DNA of 26,920 nucleotides from a virus (taxonomy: Duplodnaviria > Caudoviricetes): positions 1 to 26,920 of IMG/VR virus record IMGVR_UViG_3300037876_000057, one strand, 5' to 3'. Shown here in pieces: positions 6,872 to 15,976 of this stretch. Below the pieces are notes generated by a model that was not told where the DNA came from, searched no databases, and saw only the letters and a list, made by a program, of their open reading frames with translations. Each line of letters opens with the position of its first letter. Positions within the stretch are counted from its first letter, which is position 1. The position numbers and the translations under genes were made by a program.

Positions 6872-7049
6872 GATTATCAGTAATGTCCACGTAATATAAA
6901 CTTAACTAAAAGCTCGGTTTTTAGGGGTCTATAGAATATATACCATAGTGTTGGAGTATGGCATGCTATCAAAAAGCTCGGAAATCCGAGTCTATATCTT
7001 ATATATGTCTTCAAAACCCCGTTTTTGCTACGCAAAAATATATGTTATA

Positions 7050-7223
7050 TTAATTATCATGTACGTGATGTTCTTTATCATAATTTATTTTGTCCTCGCA
7101 CAAGAACGATAACTTCCAGAACGTCTTCTTGTCGTCCATACCCAATGCCTCTGGGTTTTTCCCAAAGCATAATTCGAACCAGCGTATCACTGTTTTATAA
7201 TCGTGTAATTCAAAGTCCACCAT
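7050..7223 (-). CDS. 57-aa hypothetical protein (start revised to ATG 7223)
   Basis: MVDFELHDYKTVIRWFELCFGK...; TTTAAAGG about 28 nt upstream. The longer track version overlaps a divergent promoter and ORF. Confidence 0.6.
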   Translation of the reverse strand: MVDFELHDYKTVIRWFELCFGKNPEALGMDDKKTFWKLSFLCEDKINYDKEHHVHDN

Positions 7224-7302
7224 ATCACTGTTAAATACTATGTCCTTTAAATACTTTAACATAACAACAAACTTTATATTAGTATTATATATTGTATAAT
7301 AC

Positions 7303-7443
7303 ATGAGCAAGGACAAGATTGAGGCTATAAGGGAGAATACCCCAACAATGATTAAAAAGGAAGTAGCCAAACCCTGTTCTTGTATCCAAGATACAGGACG
7401 AGATATTAGATGTCCTGATCATGGTGATCCTGACAAAATCTGA
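7303..7443 (+). CDS. 46-aa CxC...CPxHG microprotein (not in ORF track)
   Basis: MSKDKIEAIRENTPTMIKKEVAKPCSCIQDTGRDIRCPDHGDPDKI; TTTATATT 30 nt upstream. Confidence 0.6.
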   Translation: MSKDKIEAIRENTPTMIKKEVAKPCSCIQDTGRDIRCPDHGDPDKI

Positions 7444-7505
7444 CACCATGTCAAAATATGTTATTTATACAATAAGTTTATAAACTATTATATATTCATT
7501 ATACT

Positions 7506-9368
7506 ATGGGTTTACGTGCTAGAATCAGTAGTATTAGAAACACCCTTAGCCCCGTAAACAAAGGTTATACAGAATCAACTACTAGACCTTCTGTAGCACA
7601 ACCTTATATGGCAACTGATACAGGTGCTAAACTTCCTATATTCCCATTCCCTCTCATAATGATTTATGAGTTGGCAGATAACATTGATGCTTTACGTATT
7701 CCTATTGAGACTCTAAACAGAGAAATGTTCAAGAATGGTTGGCAGATCACCGAACGTTTCAAGTACAAATGTAATCAATGTAGTAAAGAATTTCAATATG
7801 CTCCTAATGTAGCAGTTGAAGGTGAAGAACCAAAGAAGGTACAACAAATACAATGTGACTCATGTCAAAGTTATGATTTACGAACCCCTGTACCAGAGCA
7901 CCGTAAGATTATTGAAGATTTGATAAATAAACCTGTTAATGGAAACGCCCAAAATCTGGAAGACGTATCTAGACAATTAGAAAGAGATTTAGAAATAGCA
8001 GATAATGCTTACTTGCTTTTATTAAAGAATTACTTTATTGATGATATTACTGGAGAAATTGATGAATCTAAAACAGAGATAAAAGAACTATTAAGAATTG
8101 ATCCACCACAAGTCGCAATGATTGCCGACTCTGATGGTAGAATCGGTTATGATGATAAGAGACAAAAGATATTTGTATGTCCTAGATTCGAACATAGAGA
8201 TGCTAGATTATATAATGATAGATGTGATCAATGTAACGCTAAAGCCCTAAAGGCAATATTAGAAGTTAACTCTGTTTACTCTATAGGTGTACCACATCCT
8301 AAGAGAGTAATTTATGCAGAGGGTGAAGTTATATGGAAAGCAGGTAAATACAAACCATCTTTAATCTATGGATTCTCTCCTATCTATGCCGTATGGAGTA
8401 AGGCTATGGCTCTATCTCATATGGATGAATATGTCAGAAAATACTTTGATAAGATGAGACCACCAAGAGGACTCTTAGTTGTAGCATCAAGAAACTATGA
8501 AACCTTTAGAAAGTCATGGGATGCACTTGAACAAAAAGCAACAGAAGACCCATACATGATTCACCCACTTATGGTAGAGTCAGACAAGGGTGGACAGAAT
8601 ATGGCACAATGGTTAGACTTTACTGGTACATTACAAGAGTTACAGTTCATTGAAGTAAGAAAAGAGTTAAGACAAATTATTGGTGCAGTGTATGGTGTGT
8701 TACCTTTGTACTATGGTGAGATGGTAGGTGGATGGTCACAAGAGGGATTACAAGTTACAATTACAAATCGTGCTGTCAAATGGGGTCAAGACATTCTATA
8801 CAAATCATTCTTTAAGAAATTTGTAGAGTTGATGGGTGTAGATGACTGGGATCTCAGATTAGAAGCAGGAGAAGAGAATGATAAACTATCTGAACTACAA
8901 AGAGATGGAGTAGAAATACAAAACATGGCTTTACTTCAACAGATGGGATTCAAAGTTACAAGAACCCATACTGGTGAATACAATGTTTCCCAAATACCTG
9001 AACCAATAGATGAACTACAGATGGGTAGAGGTAGAGGAACAGCAGCCCCTGAAGAGAACAGACAAAACTTTGCAGGTCAACCACAACAGAATAGACCATC
9101 TGATGTAGGTGGTGTAACCCAAGGTTCACCTAGTTCTGGTGCAGGAACTTCTCTCTCTCAGAAGAACTTCCCAACAGGCATTACCCCAGATAACTTTGAT
9201 GTTGTGAAAAAAACATTACAATCAGCAATGGATTACAACTGGAAGAAAACTAAAACAGTTGATGAACTTAGAAAGTTTACAGGAATTACAGTAAGAGAAG
9301 CACGTAACATTGTACAGAATGAATTTGACATGGTGAGAAAGTGGGAAGATGACGAAGAGACATCATAG
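7506..9368 (+). CDS. Portal protein with Cys-rich insertions
   Basis: HK97-type portal features: DLEIADNAYL, LRIDP, YGFSPI, YFDKMRPPRGLL, IGAVYGVLP. First large gene of the head module. Confidence 0.85.
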   Translation: MGLRARISSIRNTLSPVNKGYTESTTRPSVAQPYMATDTGAKLPIFPFPLIMIYELADNIDALRIPIETLNREMFKNGWQITERFKYKCNQCSKEFQYAPNVAVEGEEPKKVQQIQCDSCQSYDLRTPVPEHRKIIEDLINKPVNGNAQNLEDVSRQLERDLEIADNAYLLLLKNYFIDDITGEIDESKTEIKELLRIDPPQVAMIADSDGRIGYDDKRQKIFVCPRFEHRDARLYNDRCDQCNAKALKAILEVNSVYSIGVPHPKRVIYAEGEVIWKAGKYKPSLIYGFSPIYAVWSKAMALSHMDEYVRKYFDKMRPPRGLLVVASRNYETFRKSWDALEQKATEDPYMIHPLMVESDKGGQNMAQWLDFTGTLQELQFIEVRKELRQIIGAVYGVLPLYYGEMVGGWSQEGLQVTITNRAVKWGQDILYKSFFKKFVELMGVDDWDLRLEAGEENDKLSELQRDGVEIQNMALLQQMGFKVTRTHTGEYNVSQIPEPIDELQMGRGRGTAAPEENRQNFAGQPQQNRPSDVGGVTQGSPSSGAGTSLSQKNFPTGITPDNFDVVKKTLQSAMDYNWKKTKTVDELRKFTGITVREARNIVQNEFDMVRKWEDDEETS

Positions 9369-9579
9369 ATGCGATGAAACATGTGAGATTCATAAAGAAC
9401 TTACAGATAAAGTCAAAAAGAAAACAAGAAAGGTTAAAACTCCCAAATATACAATATTTGATGACACCTTGACAGATATGAAAAAAATAACTGACGAGGT
9501 ACAAAATGATGATGTGTTTGTATGTCTACAAGATTGTCTAAAAAAATTGATTGGGATAAAGAAAGATCATGGCTACTAA
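9349..9579 (+). CDS. Hypothetical protein (76 aa), His/Cys motifs
   Basis: HHRCDETCEIH; overlaps both neighbours. Confidence 0.6.
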   Translation: MTKRHHRCDETCEIHKELTDKVKKKTRKVKTPKYTIFDDTLTDMKKITDEVQNDDVFVCLQDCLKKLIGIKKDHGY

Positions 9580-10015
9580 GTTAAACTTAGATTCTGGTGG
9601 TACAGACATTGGTAACAAGATAGTTGACATACATCAAAAGAATGAATATACTAAAGTAAACAATTATAAGGAAGGTCTATGTTTCGGTTGTTTTGGTTCT
9701 AATGTAGTAGGGGCACTTGTATCTGACATATGTGGAGACTGTGCTGGAAAGAAGGGTAGAGAACCGTTATTAGTATCAATAAAACCAATCTATTACGGAA
9801 TGTGTCACTTTTGTGGTGTATATAAATTCAACATGGAACAGATTAATTGTAGGTTATGTCAGAAATGTCATAGAAAAACAGCTAATCATATGAAAGAGTA
9901 TAATAAAGTAGGTGGTATGCATGGTGCAGATCCATTCTGGAAATCAATGAGAAGAAAACATGGAAAGGATTGGAAACAAATAATGTCTAGTGGTACAAAG
10001 TCTTGGAGACGTTAA
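9569..10015 (+). CDS. Multi-CxxC Zn-binding protein
   Basis: CFGC, CGDC, CHFC, CRLCQKC. Confidence 0.75.
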   Translation: MATKLNLDSGGTDIGNKIVDIHQKNEYTKVNNYKEGLCFGCFGSNVVGALVSDICGDCAGKKGREPLLVSIKPIYYGMCHFCGVYKFNMEQINCRLCQKCHRKTANHMKEYNKVGGMHGADPFWKSMRRKHGKDWKQIMSSGTKSWRR

Positions 10016-10467
10016 TCATTCTTTAATATAAGAATAATCCTATCTAATTCAAAGTCATAATATCTATGATCATAATCAATTATTTTATTCTCATTTCTAT
10101 ACACTGCATCAAAATACCTATCAACCTTCCATTTCAATGATGGTTTTCTAAGGAATCTAGAATTAAACTCTAACTGCATCTTTTTCCTATTAAATTTGAT
10201 TTTTTCATATTTTATTAATTCAGTACCTTCATTCTCATGTTCACCTAACGTACCATTCCTAAAATGTACTAGGGATTTTTGTAATAATGGTCTCTCCTTT
10301 TGATCATTGGTGTTAGTTACAATATATAATTTATTCTTATCCTGTATATACATATCAATTATCTTTATTCTTCTCATTTTATCTTCTGTATGCCCTTTAT
10401 AGAAATGATCAAATCTCATCATATTATCGAATATATATATTGCAGATGCCATATACACTAAATACAT
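10012..10467 (-). CDS. Hypothetical protein (start may be ATG 10452)
   Basis: 151-aa ORF filling the gap, convergent with 9569-10015. Confidence 0.65.
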   Translation of the reverse strand: MYLVYMASAIYIFDNMMRFDHFYKGHTEDKMRRIKIIDMYIQDKNKLYIVTNTNDQKERPLLQKSLVHFRNGTLGEHENEGTELIKYEKIKFNRKKMQLEFNSRFLRKPSLKWKVDRYFDAVYRNENKIIDYDHRYYDFELDRIILILKND

Positions 10468-10491
10468 ATAGAAGGTTAATAAATAAAGTGT

Positions 10492-10701
10492 ATGGTTGAT
10501 TTAGATGAAGATGAATCATGTGAATGTGGTGGAAGGGTTTATAGTTATGTTGGATTCAAAATGTCTTTAGATTTATGTTACAAATGTGGTAAATTTCATT
10601 GTAAGACAGATATAAAAGGTGATGATTTTATTAGTTTCATAGAGGAAAATTCAGATTTAATACCTCATTTAATAAAAATGAAATACCTTATACCTGTGTA
10701 A
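10492..10701 (+). CDS. Small Zn-ribbon protein
   Basis: CECGG...CYKCG. Confidence 0.7.
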   Translation: MVDLDEDESCECGGRVYSYVGFKMSLDLCYKCGKFHCKTDIKGDDFISFIEENSDLIPHLIKMKYLIPV

Positions 10702-10732
10702 TCTTTATAACTATGTTTAAATAATATGTTTT

Positions 10733-10978
10733 ATGGAACAATTGTTTAATTCATTTGTTGAACCACTGTTATTAACAATGATGATAGCAACAGGTGGGGG
10801 AGTTGTAGCTTTCTTCAAAAAAATGAGTAAAACACAGAAAGATTTATGTGAAACTGTATCAAGATTAGAAAAAACACTTATTATTTTAGCTAAAGCAGTT
10901 GATAGACAGACCAATCGTGCTCACCCAGATAGTGACTCTGATTTAGATGATTTAGTCAAAGAATTACTAGATAAGTAA
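10733..10978 (+). CDS. Single-TM plus coiled-coil membrane protein (holin-like candidate)
   Basis: N-terminal hydrophobic helix followed by heptad-like region; TATA 29 nt upstream. Confidence 0.6.
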   Translation: MEQLFNSFVEPLLLTMMIATGGGVVAFFKKMSKTQKDLCETVSRLEKTLIILAKAVDRQTNRAHPDSDSDLDDLVKELLDK

Positions 10979-11008
10979 ACTTAAATACTACACTGTAAGA
11001 ATTTGTCT

Positions 11009-11272
11009 ATGGTAGACCCATTACTTGCAGTAGTTCTCGCAACAGTCGCAGGTTCAGTACTGAATACCATTAGAGGATTTCTAGGTTCTCCTGAACCAGT
11101 ATATGATATTAAGAAATTCTTTGGTGCAGTAATTGTATCTGGATTCGCAGGACTCGCTGTAGCACAAACAATATCAACATCTGGAATAGACGTTTTAGGA
11201 TTAGTCCTGATTGGTCTTATGGCAGGTTTCACAGTAGATTTCGCTGTATCCAGAGCAAAAAAAACTCAGTAA
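11009..11272 (+). CDS. Three-TM small membrane protein (holin-like candidate; start revised to ATG 11009)
   Basis: Three hydrophobic segments and basic C-terminus RAKK; CTTAAATA 29 nt upstream. Confidence 0.65.
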   Translation: MVDPLLAVVLATVAGSVLNTIRGFLGSPEPVYDIKKFFGAVIVSGFAGLAVAQTISTSGIDVLGLVLIGLMAGFTVDFAVSRAKKTQ

Positions 11273-11292
11273 CAGTTAGTTACTAAAAATCC

Positions 11293-11310
11293 TTTTTATT
11301 CTATTTTTTT
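11293..11310 (+). terminator. Archaeal oligo-T terminator
   Basis: TTTTTATTCTATTTTTTT after the stop at 11272. Confidence 0.55.
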
Positions 11311-11354
11311 ATCTCTACAATAATCTTTATTAGTATTAATGTAATCTTTTATAT

Positions 11355-13007
11355 ATGGCAAACATACTTCGATTTAACCAACTTACCACATCTCTAAAGA
11401 GTATGGAGTCAATCAACTCTGACGAAAGATATTTTGAGGGACTACTCACTGTGCAGATGAAGGATAAGCAGGGAGAAGTCACGATTGTAGATGAACTTTA
11501 CAAAGTGTTACCAATCTGGATGGATAGAGGTGCACCAATATCTGACACTCATAGTAATAGAATCATAGGAAAAGGTATCAATTATTCTAAAACAGTAGTT
11601 AAAAATGAACATGGTGAAGATTTACCAGCAATTAAAATTACAGGTAAGATTTACAAGAATTATGAACTAGATAATGTTATCTGGGATAAAATCAAAAGTA
11701 AAGAGTATAAGGGATTATCATTTGGTGGAGCAACTCGTTCTAACAGAACCCCAATGAAAATGAAAGATGGATCAATGGCATATGCATTATCCAATTTAGA
11801 ACATTATGAGGTTGCAGTATGTAAAGATCCAGCAGTACCAATGGCAATCATTACAGATTATAATCCTATAGCAAAAGCAAATTATTCATCAAGTAGAAGA
11901 GATGATGATAAAATGGTTATTCAGTGTACAAATATGGGATGTTATGTAGAAAAAGCAGATCTAAACGAATCACAAACATTTGAGCAAAAGGTAGAGGCAC
12001 TTGTAAGAGAGGGTAAGTCAAGAGAATCAGCAGAAAAGATTGTAGGTTCATTTGTTCATAAAGAGAGAACATTTGGTCATTCTGATGGTAAAGTTGAGTA
12101 TAAAGATCCTAATGATAAAGAAACTAATACTGATAAAATAATGGAGAACGCTAAAGAGTCAGCAAAGAAACCACATTTAAAAAATACATCTGCATATCAA
12201 ACTGAAGCAGGTAATGATCAATTAGGTGGTCAAGGTAAAACAGAAGATGATAAAGATAAACGAGAAAAAGAGGATGAAGAGAAAGATAATGATGAGGTTA
12301 AACGTAGAGACCATTCTGATGCAGGTGGAGATATACATTCTATGTATAATCAAAATGTAGGCAGAGAAGCATCATCAGGACGTAAATTGAAAGGTGATAC
12401 AACTGCAAACCAAGTTGGAGGCGTAAGAGGAGGATTAGATCCACATTTTCAAGGAAGTGGAGAAACCAATGATATTAATATTGTTCAAGAAGAACCTGAA
12501 AGAGCCGAAGATAAAGGAGCAGCAAATATTAAACTAGTTAAATCAGAAAGAGTGGGTGATATGAATTCTCCGTCATATGAAGGAGCTTATAATGAAGGTG
12601 CTGATGATGTTAGAGAGAATATCAAGTATGGAGCACCAAAACTTACAACTGATCTTGCTCATAAAGTGTTAGGAGCAAAAAAAATTAAGGCAATCAAATA
12701 CTCTCTTGAGAAACACGCACAAATACAACAATTAAAGAAGATAAAAGGAAAATTACCTGAATTAGGAGATGTAGATACGGAAGATTTTGATAATGATCAA
12801 ACATCACAAGGTCAATCCTCAAATCAAAAATTCCATAATCATTATGATCCTATGACACTTGATCAATATGCAACCAGTGATATTAAAGGAGATTCAAATA
12901 AATTACTTAATATTAAACTTAGAAAACACGCACAAACACAAACATTAAAAAAGATTAATAATTCACTTGGTGATGCTCGTGGATGTACTGAACATCTTCA
13001 CGAATAA
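11355..13007 (+). CDS. Prohead maturation protease (HK97-like) with long charged C-terminal extension
   Basis: DKQGE, SDTHSN (His), YKGLSFGG (Ser), EVAVCKDPAVP; located upstream of scaffold and capsid. Confidence 0.85.
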   Translation: MANILRFNQLTTSLKSMESINSDERYFEGLLTVQMKDKQGEVTIVDELYKVLPIWMDRGAPISDTHSNRIIGKGINYSKTVVKNEHGEDLPAIKITGKIYKNYELDNVIWDKIKSKEYKGLSFGGATRSNRTPMKMKDGSMAYALSNLEHYEVAVCKDPAVPMAIITDYNPIAKANYSSSRRDDDKMVIQCTNMGCYVEKADLNESQTFEQKVEALVREGKSRESAEKIVGSFVHKERTFGHSDGKVEYKDPNDKETNTDKIMENAKESAKKPHLKNTSAYQTEAGNDQLGGQGKTEDDKDKREKEDEEKDNDEVKRRDHSDAGGDIHSMYNQNVGREASSGRKLKGDTTANQVGGVRGGLDPHFQGSGETNDINIVQEEPERAEDKGAANIKLVKSERVGDMNSPSYEGAYNEGADDVRENIKYGAPKLTTDLAHKVLGAKKIKAIKYSLEKHAQIQQLKKIKGKLPELGDVDTEDFDNDQTSQGQSSNQKFHNHYDPMTLDQYATSDIKGDSNKLLNIKLRKHAQTQTLKKINNSLGDARGCTEHLHE

Positions 13008-13070
13008 CCAACATAATATAAACGTTTACACAATCTTTATAAGCACTTATATAATAGTTTCTATAACAAC

Positions 13071-13628
13071 ATGACTATCGAAGAAATCGCAAAATCAAGC
13101 GACGACAAGAAAGTAGAAGAAAAAGATGAAGAGAAAGATGCTAAAAAATCTTTTGATGAAACATTGATTGAAACTCTTTCAACTTTGACAGAACACGTTA
13201 AAGCACAATCAGAATCCCTAGTTGCACTCGATGAGAGACTTACAAAAGCCCTCGAAGAGAAACCAGAGACTCAACTGGACTTCCCAAATACTTCAGATGA
13301 TGAAGGAATTGGTGAAGACGTAAAAGTCCCAGATACCTATCAATCCAATTCTGTTCAAGCAGAATTAGATGCTGATGGCGAAGGTGCAGAGAAAGATCCA
13401 GAAGACCTTGTTATGCAAGAAAAATCTGAGAAAACTAACTTTGATTTCACCACTGAGACTCCAAGACCAGCAGCATCTGTTGAAACTATAAACAAATCAG
13501 AGCAATCTGAATTGAATATGGTTCTAAAAGATGCACGAGAACAAGGTTTCGACAGTTTATCTGTCGTAGCACAACGAATTTTGAAAGGTGATTACTACAC
13601 TCCTACACAAGAGGAGGCATGGTTCTAA
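13071..13628 (+). CDS. Putative capsid scaffolding protein
   Basis: Very acidic with a coiled-coil segment; TAATG-coupled to the MCP. Confidence 0.65.
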   Translation: MTIEEIAKSSDDKKVEEKDEEKDAKKSFDETLIETLSTLTEHVKAQSESLVALDERLTKALEEKPETQLDFPNTSDDEGIGEDVKVPDTYQSNSVQAELDADGEGAEKDPEDLVMQEKSEKTNFDFTTETPRPAASVETINKSEQSELNMVLKDAREQGFDSLSVVAQRILKGDYYTPTQEEAWF

Positions 13629-14842
13629 TGGTTCAAATCAGAACTATTGACGAACTAGAGGCACTCTATTATGGACAGAATAGAAACCTAATCAGAAAAG
13701 CTGATTCCCCTGTTACTACATCAACATCTGGCGTTTTCAACGCTATATTTGGTGCATATGCATGGGCTCAACTCAACTTAGAAGCAAATGCTTTTGGTAT
13801 CTTACCAAAAGTTCCTTGGGACAAATCTGGTTGGAGGGCAATCACTGCCAAACCAACTTTGAATACGAACCAAGGTAATACAACTCTAGGTGGTACTTCT
13901 GAAGGTGGAAATATTGCTGAAACCGTAAAGCCAACTTTACAAGAGATTGACGTCAGACCAAAAACTGCTCAGTTGCCATTCAGTGCATCTGAAGTTATGG
14001 AGTGGCTCGCAACTCACAGTAAAGACGATATCTGGGGAGGCTTAGGCTCACTCAGATTATACATGGCTGTTCAGCATAAAGAATTCATGAATAGAATGTT
14101 GCTCGCAGATGTTGAATCAGAAGCAGCAGGAGCAAGTGCAAATAACGCAGGTACAACCAATTTCGAATCATTGGATAGAATTATTTCTTCCAATGCAGAA
14201 GAAACAGCATTAGGTGGTACTTACGATGGAATGTACGATCCTTGGGCAGCTAACGCTACCATTGACCGTGACGGTTCAAGCACTTTTGACTGTACTGTTG
14301 AATCAGCATCAGGTACAATAGGAACAGATGGTGTTCTTACCGATGATACACTACGAACTTTCCTTAGAAAGATCCGTATTGCAGCAGGTAAAGATCCAAA
14401 CGTATTCCTAGGTTCTCACGAAGTTTATTCCGAAATACAAGGCTTATACATGCCTTCAGTCCGTATTCCAAACCCTTACGGTGAAGCATTAGTACAAGTT
14501 GATGTAAACGGTATCCAAACTTTCAAAGGAACTGGAGTCGGAATTCACGTAGATTCTATCTATGGTATCCCATTCATCCCTTCAAAAGATGCCCCATCTG
14601 GTGGCGGAAATGAAGTCGGAAGACTATTTGCATTAGATACTTCTGATGCAGAAGGTTACGGATATCCAAGAATTGGAATTCAAGTCGCAATCCCAACTGA
14701 GTACTATGAAGCAACACGTAGAACACCAGCTTATCCATTCGTGAACAACGCTTTCGTTGAGAAAGGTGTTTACAGAACAATGGGTGAAACCGTTTGTCGT
14801 CACTTCAAATCACAAGGTAAGATCAGAGACATTAAACTCTAG
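13628..14842 (+). CDS. Major capsid protein (HK97 fold)
   Basis: Position and size (404 aa). SEGG in E-loop region, FESLDRII, SIYGIPFIPSKD, C-terminal QGKIRDIK. GGAGG about 10 nt upstream favours ATG 13628. Confidence 0.88.
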   Translation: MVQIRTIDELEALYYGQNRNLIRKADSPVTTSTSGVFNAIFGAYAWAQLNLEANAFGILPKVPWDKSGWRAITAKPTLNTNQGNTTLGGTSEGGNIAETVKPTLQEIDVRPKTAQLPFSASEVMEWLATHSKDDIWGGLGSLRLYMAVQHKEFMNRMLLADVESEAAGASANNAGTTNFESLDRIISSNAEETALGGTYDGMYDPWAANATIDRDGSSTFDCTVESASGTIGTDGVLTDDTLRTFLRKIRIAAGKDPNVFLGSHEVYSEIQGLYMPSVRIPNPYGEALVQVDVNGIQTFKGTGVGIHVDSIYGIPFIPSKDAPSGGGNEVGRLFALDTSDAEGYGYPRIGIQVAIPTEYYEATRRTPAYPFVNNAFVEKGVYRTMGETVCRHFKSQGKIRDIKL

Positions 14843-14857
14843 TCGAACCAAAATAAA

Positions 14858-14872
14858 TTTTTTATTTTTTTT
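14858..14872 (+). terminator. Oligo-T terminator after MCP
   Basis: TTTTTTATTTTTTTT. Confidence 0.65.
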
Positions 14873-14907
14873 ATTACATTTATATACCCATCTCTATAAA
14901 CAAACTC

Positions 14908-15336
14908 ATGAAGTATTTATTACTCATGTTACTCGCAGTGACATTCATACCATTGGCATACGCTGACTATTCTTTAGAAGCATATGTTTTGGACGATTCA
15001 AATACTGTGGTGATAACAGGGGAGTCTGTTTCATTGGAAGAAGTTACTTTCATTGTTCAAAGTCCGTCTGGAAACATCATTACAGTTGATCAGATAACTC
15101 CGACACATACAGGTCAAATAACAACCATGCTGACAGCAGGTGGTGCATTATGGAGTGAAGATGGTATTTACACTGTCAAAGTAATACAAGAAGGGATATC
15201 TGAAACCATTGATATAGAGTTATTGGATGGAAACATAGTCCCAGAATTTGGTGTGATAGCAATGATGATACTTGCAGTGTCAATTGTATCAATATTAATG
15301 ATAACATCAAAAAGTAGACTGTTACAAAGAATCTAA
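14908..15336 (+). CDS. PEFG-CTERM sorting-domain surface protein (thaumarchaeal type)
   Basis: N-terminal signal peptide; C-terminal VPEFG, hydrophobic helix and KSR basic tail; own TATA box and downstream T-tract. Confidence 0.88.
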   Translation: MKYLLLMLLAVTFIPLAYADYSLEAYVLDDSNTVVITGESVSLEEVTFIVQSPSGNIITVDQITPTHTGQITTMLTAGGALWSEDGIYTVKVIQEGISETIDIELLDGNIVPEFGVIAMMILAVSIVSILMITSKSRLLQRI

Positions 15337-15530
15337 CAGTCCACACCTTTATTTTATTTAAATGTTTGTCCAATGTTACCAACTTTTAGTTTCTGTAAAA
15401 ACTTAGTTAACTTATCTTAGTTAACTTAACTAACTTTTTACACGATAAGAAGAGATATAATATAGGGCAAGAATTTATATAATATGAATGATCCTCAATC
15501 TTTATATATGGTTGATATTGATATAGAATA

Positions 15531-15923
15531 ATGGCAATCACAATCGCACAGAATTCAGACCATAAGAGTCTAACAGGAAAGACTTTGTCAGTCCAAGCAG
15601 AATTGACTTCTAAACTAAAGTCATGTGTAGTAGATGTCACCTATGGTGCAGCAGATACTTACACAACTGGAGGAAACACAGTTGACCTTTCTTTGGGTGG
15701 TAGAATAAGCACAGTTATCGGAGCAGAAATACTTCATAGTAATGCAGGTCTACTTTTGCAATATGTCCCAGCAGCAGCAGGGGCAGCAGCCACAGGTAAG
15801 ATTAAAGCTTATGGTCAAGAACCAACGAGTGCCACAGCAACAGTTGTAGCTCTTGGGGAATTAGATGCTAGTGATACGGCAGTCAATTCATTGACCATAC
15901 GTATTAGAGTATTTGGTTTCTAA
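15531..15923 (+). CDS. Virion structural protein (possible head decoration)
   Basis: Ala/Thr/Gly-rich, YTTGG motif, located after the MCP. Confidence 0.55.
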   Translation: MAITIAQNSDHKSLTGKTLSVQAELTSKLKSCVVDVTYGAADTYTTGGNTVDLSLGGRISTVIGAEILHSNAGLLLQYVPAAAGAAATGKIKAYGQEPTSATATVVALGELDASDTAVNSLTIRIRVFGF

Positions 15924-15926
15924 ACC

Positions 15927-15940
15927 TTTTTTTTATTTTT
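15927..15940 (+). terminator. Oligo-T terminator
   Basis: TTTTTTTTATTTTT right after the stop. Confidence 0.6.
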
Positions 15941-15976
15941 AATAATGTTTATATATGACTAATTGTACAATTAATT

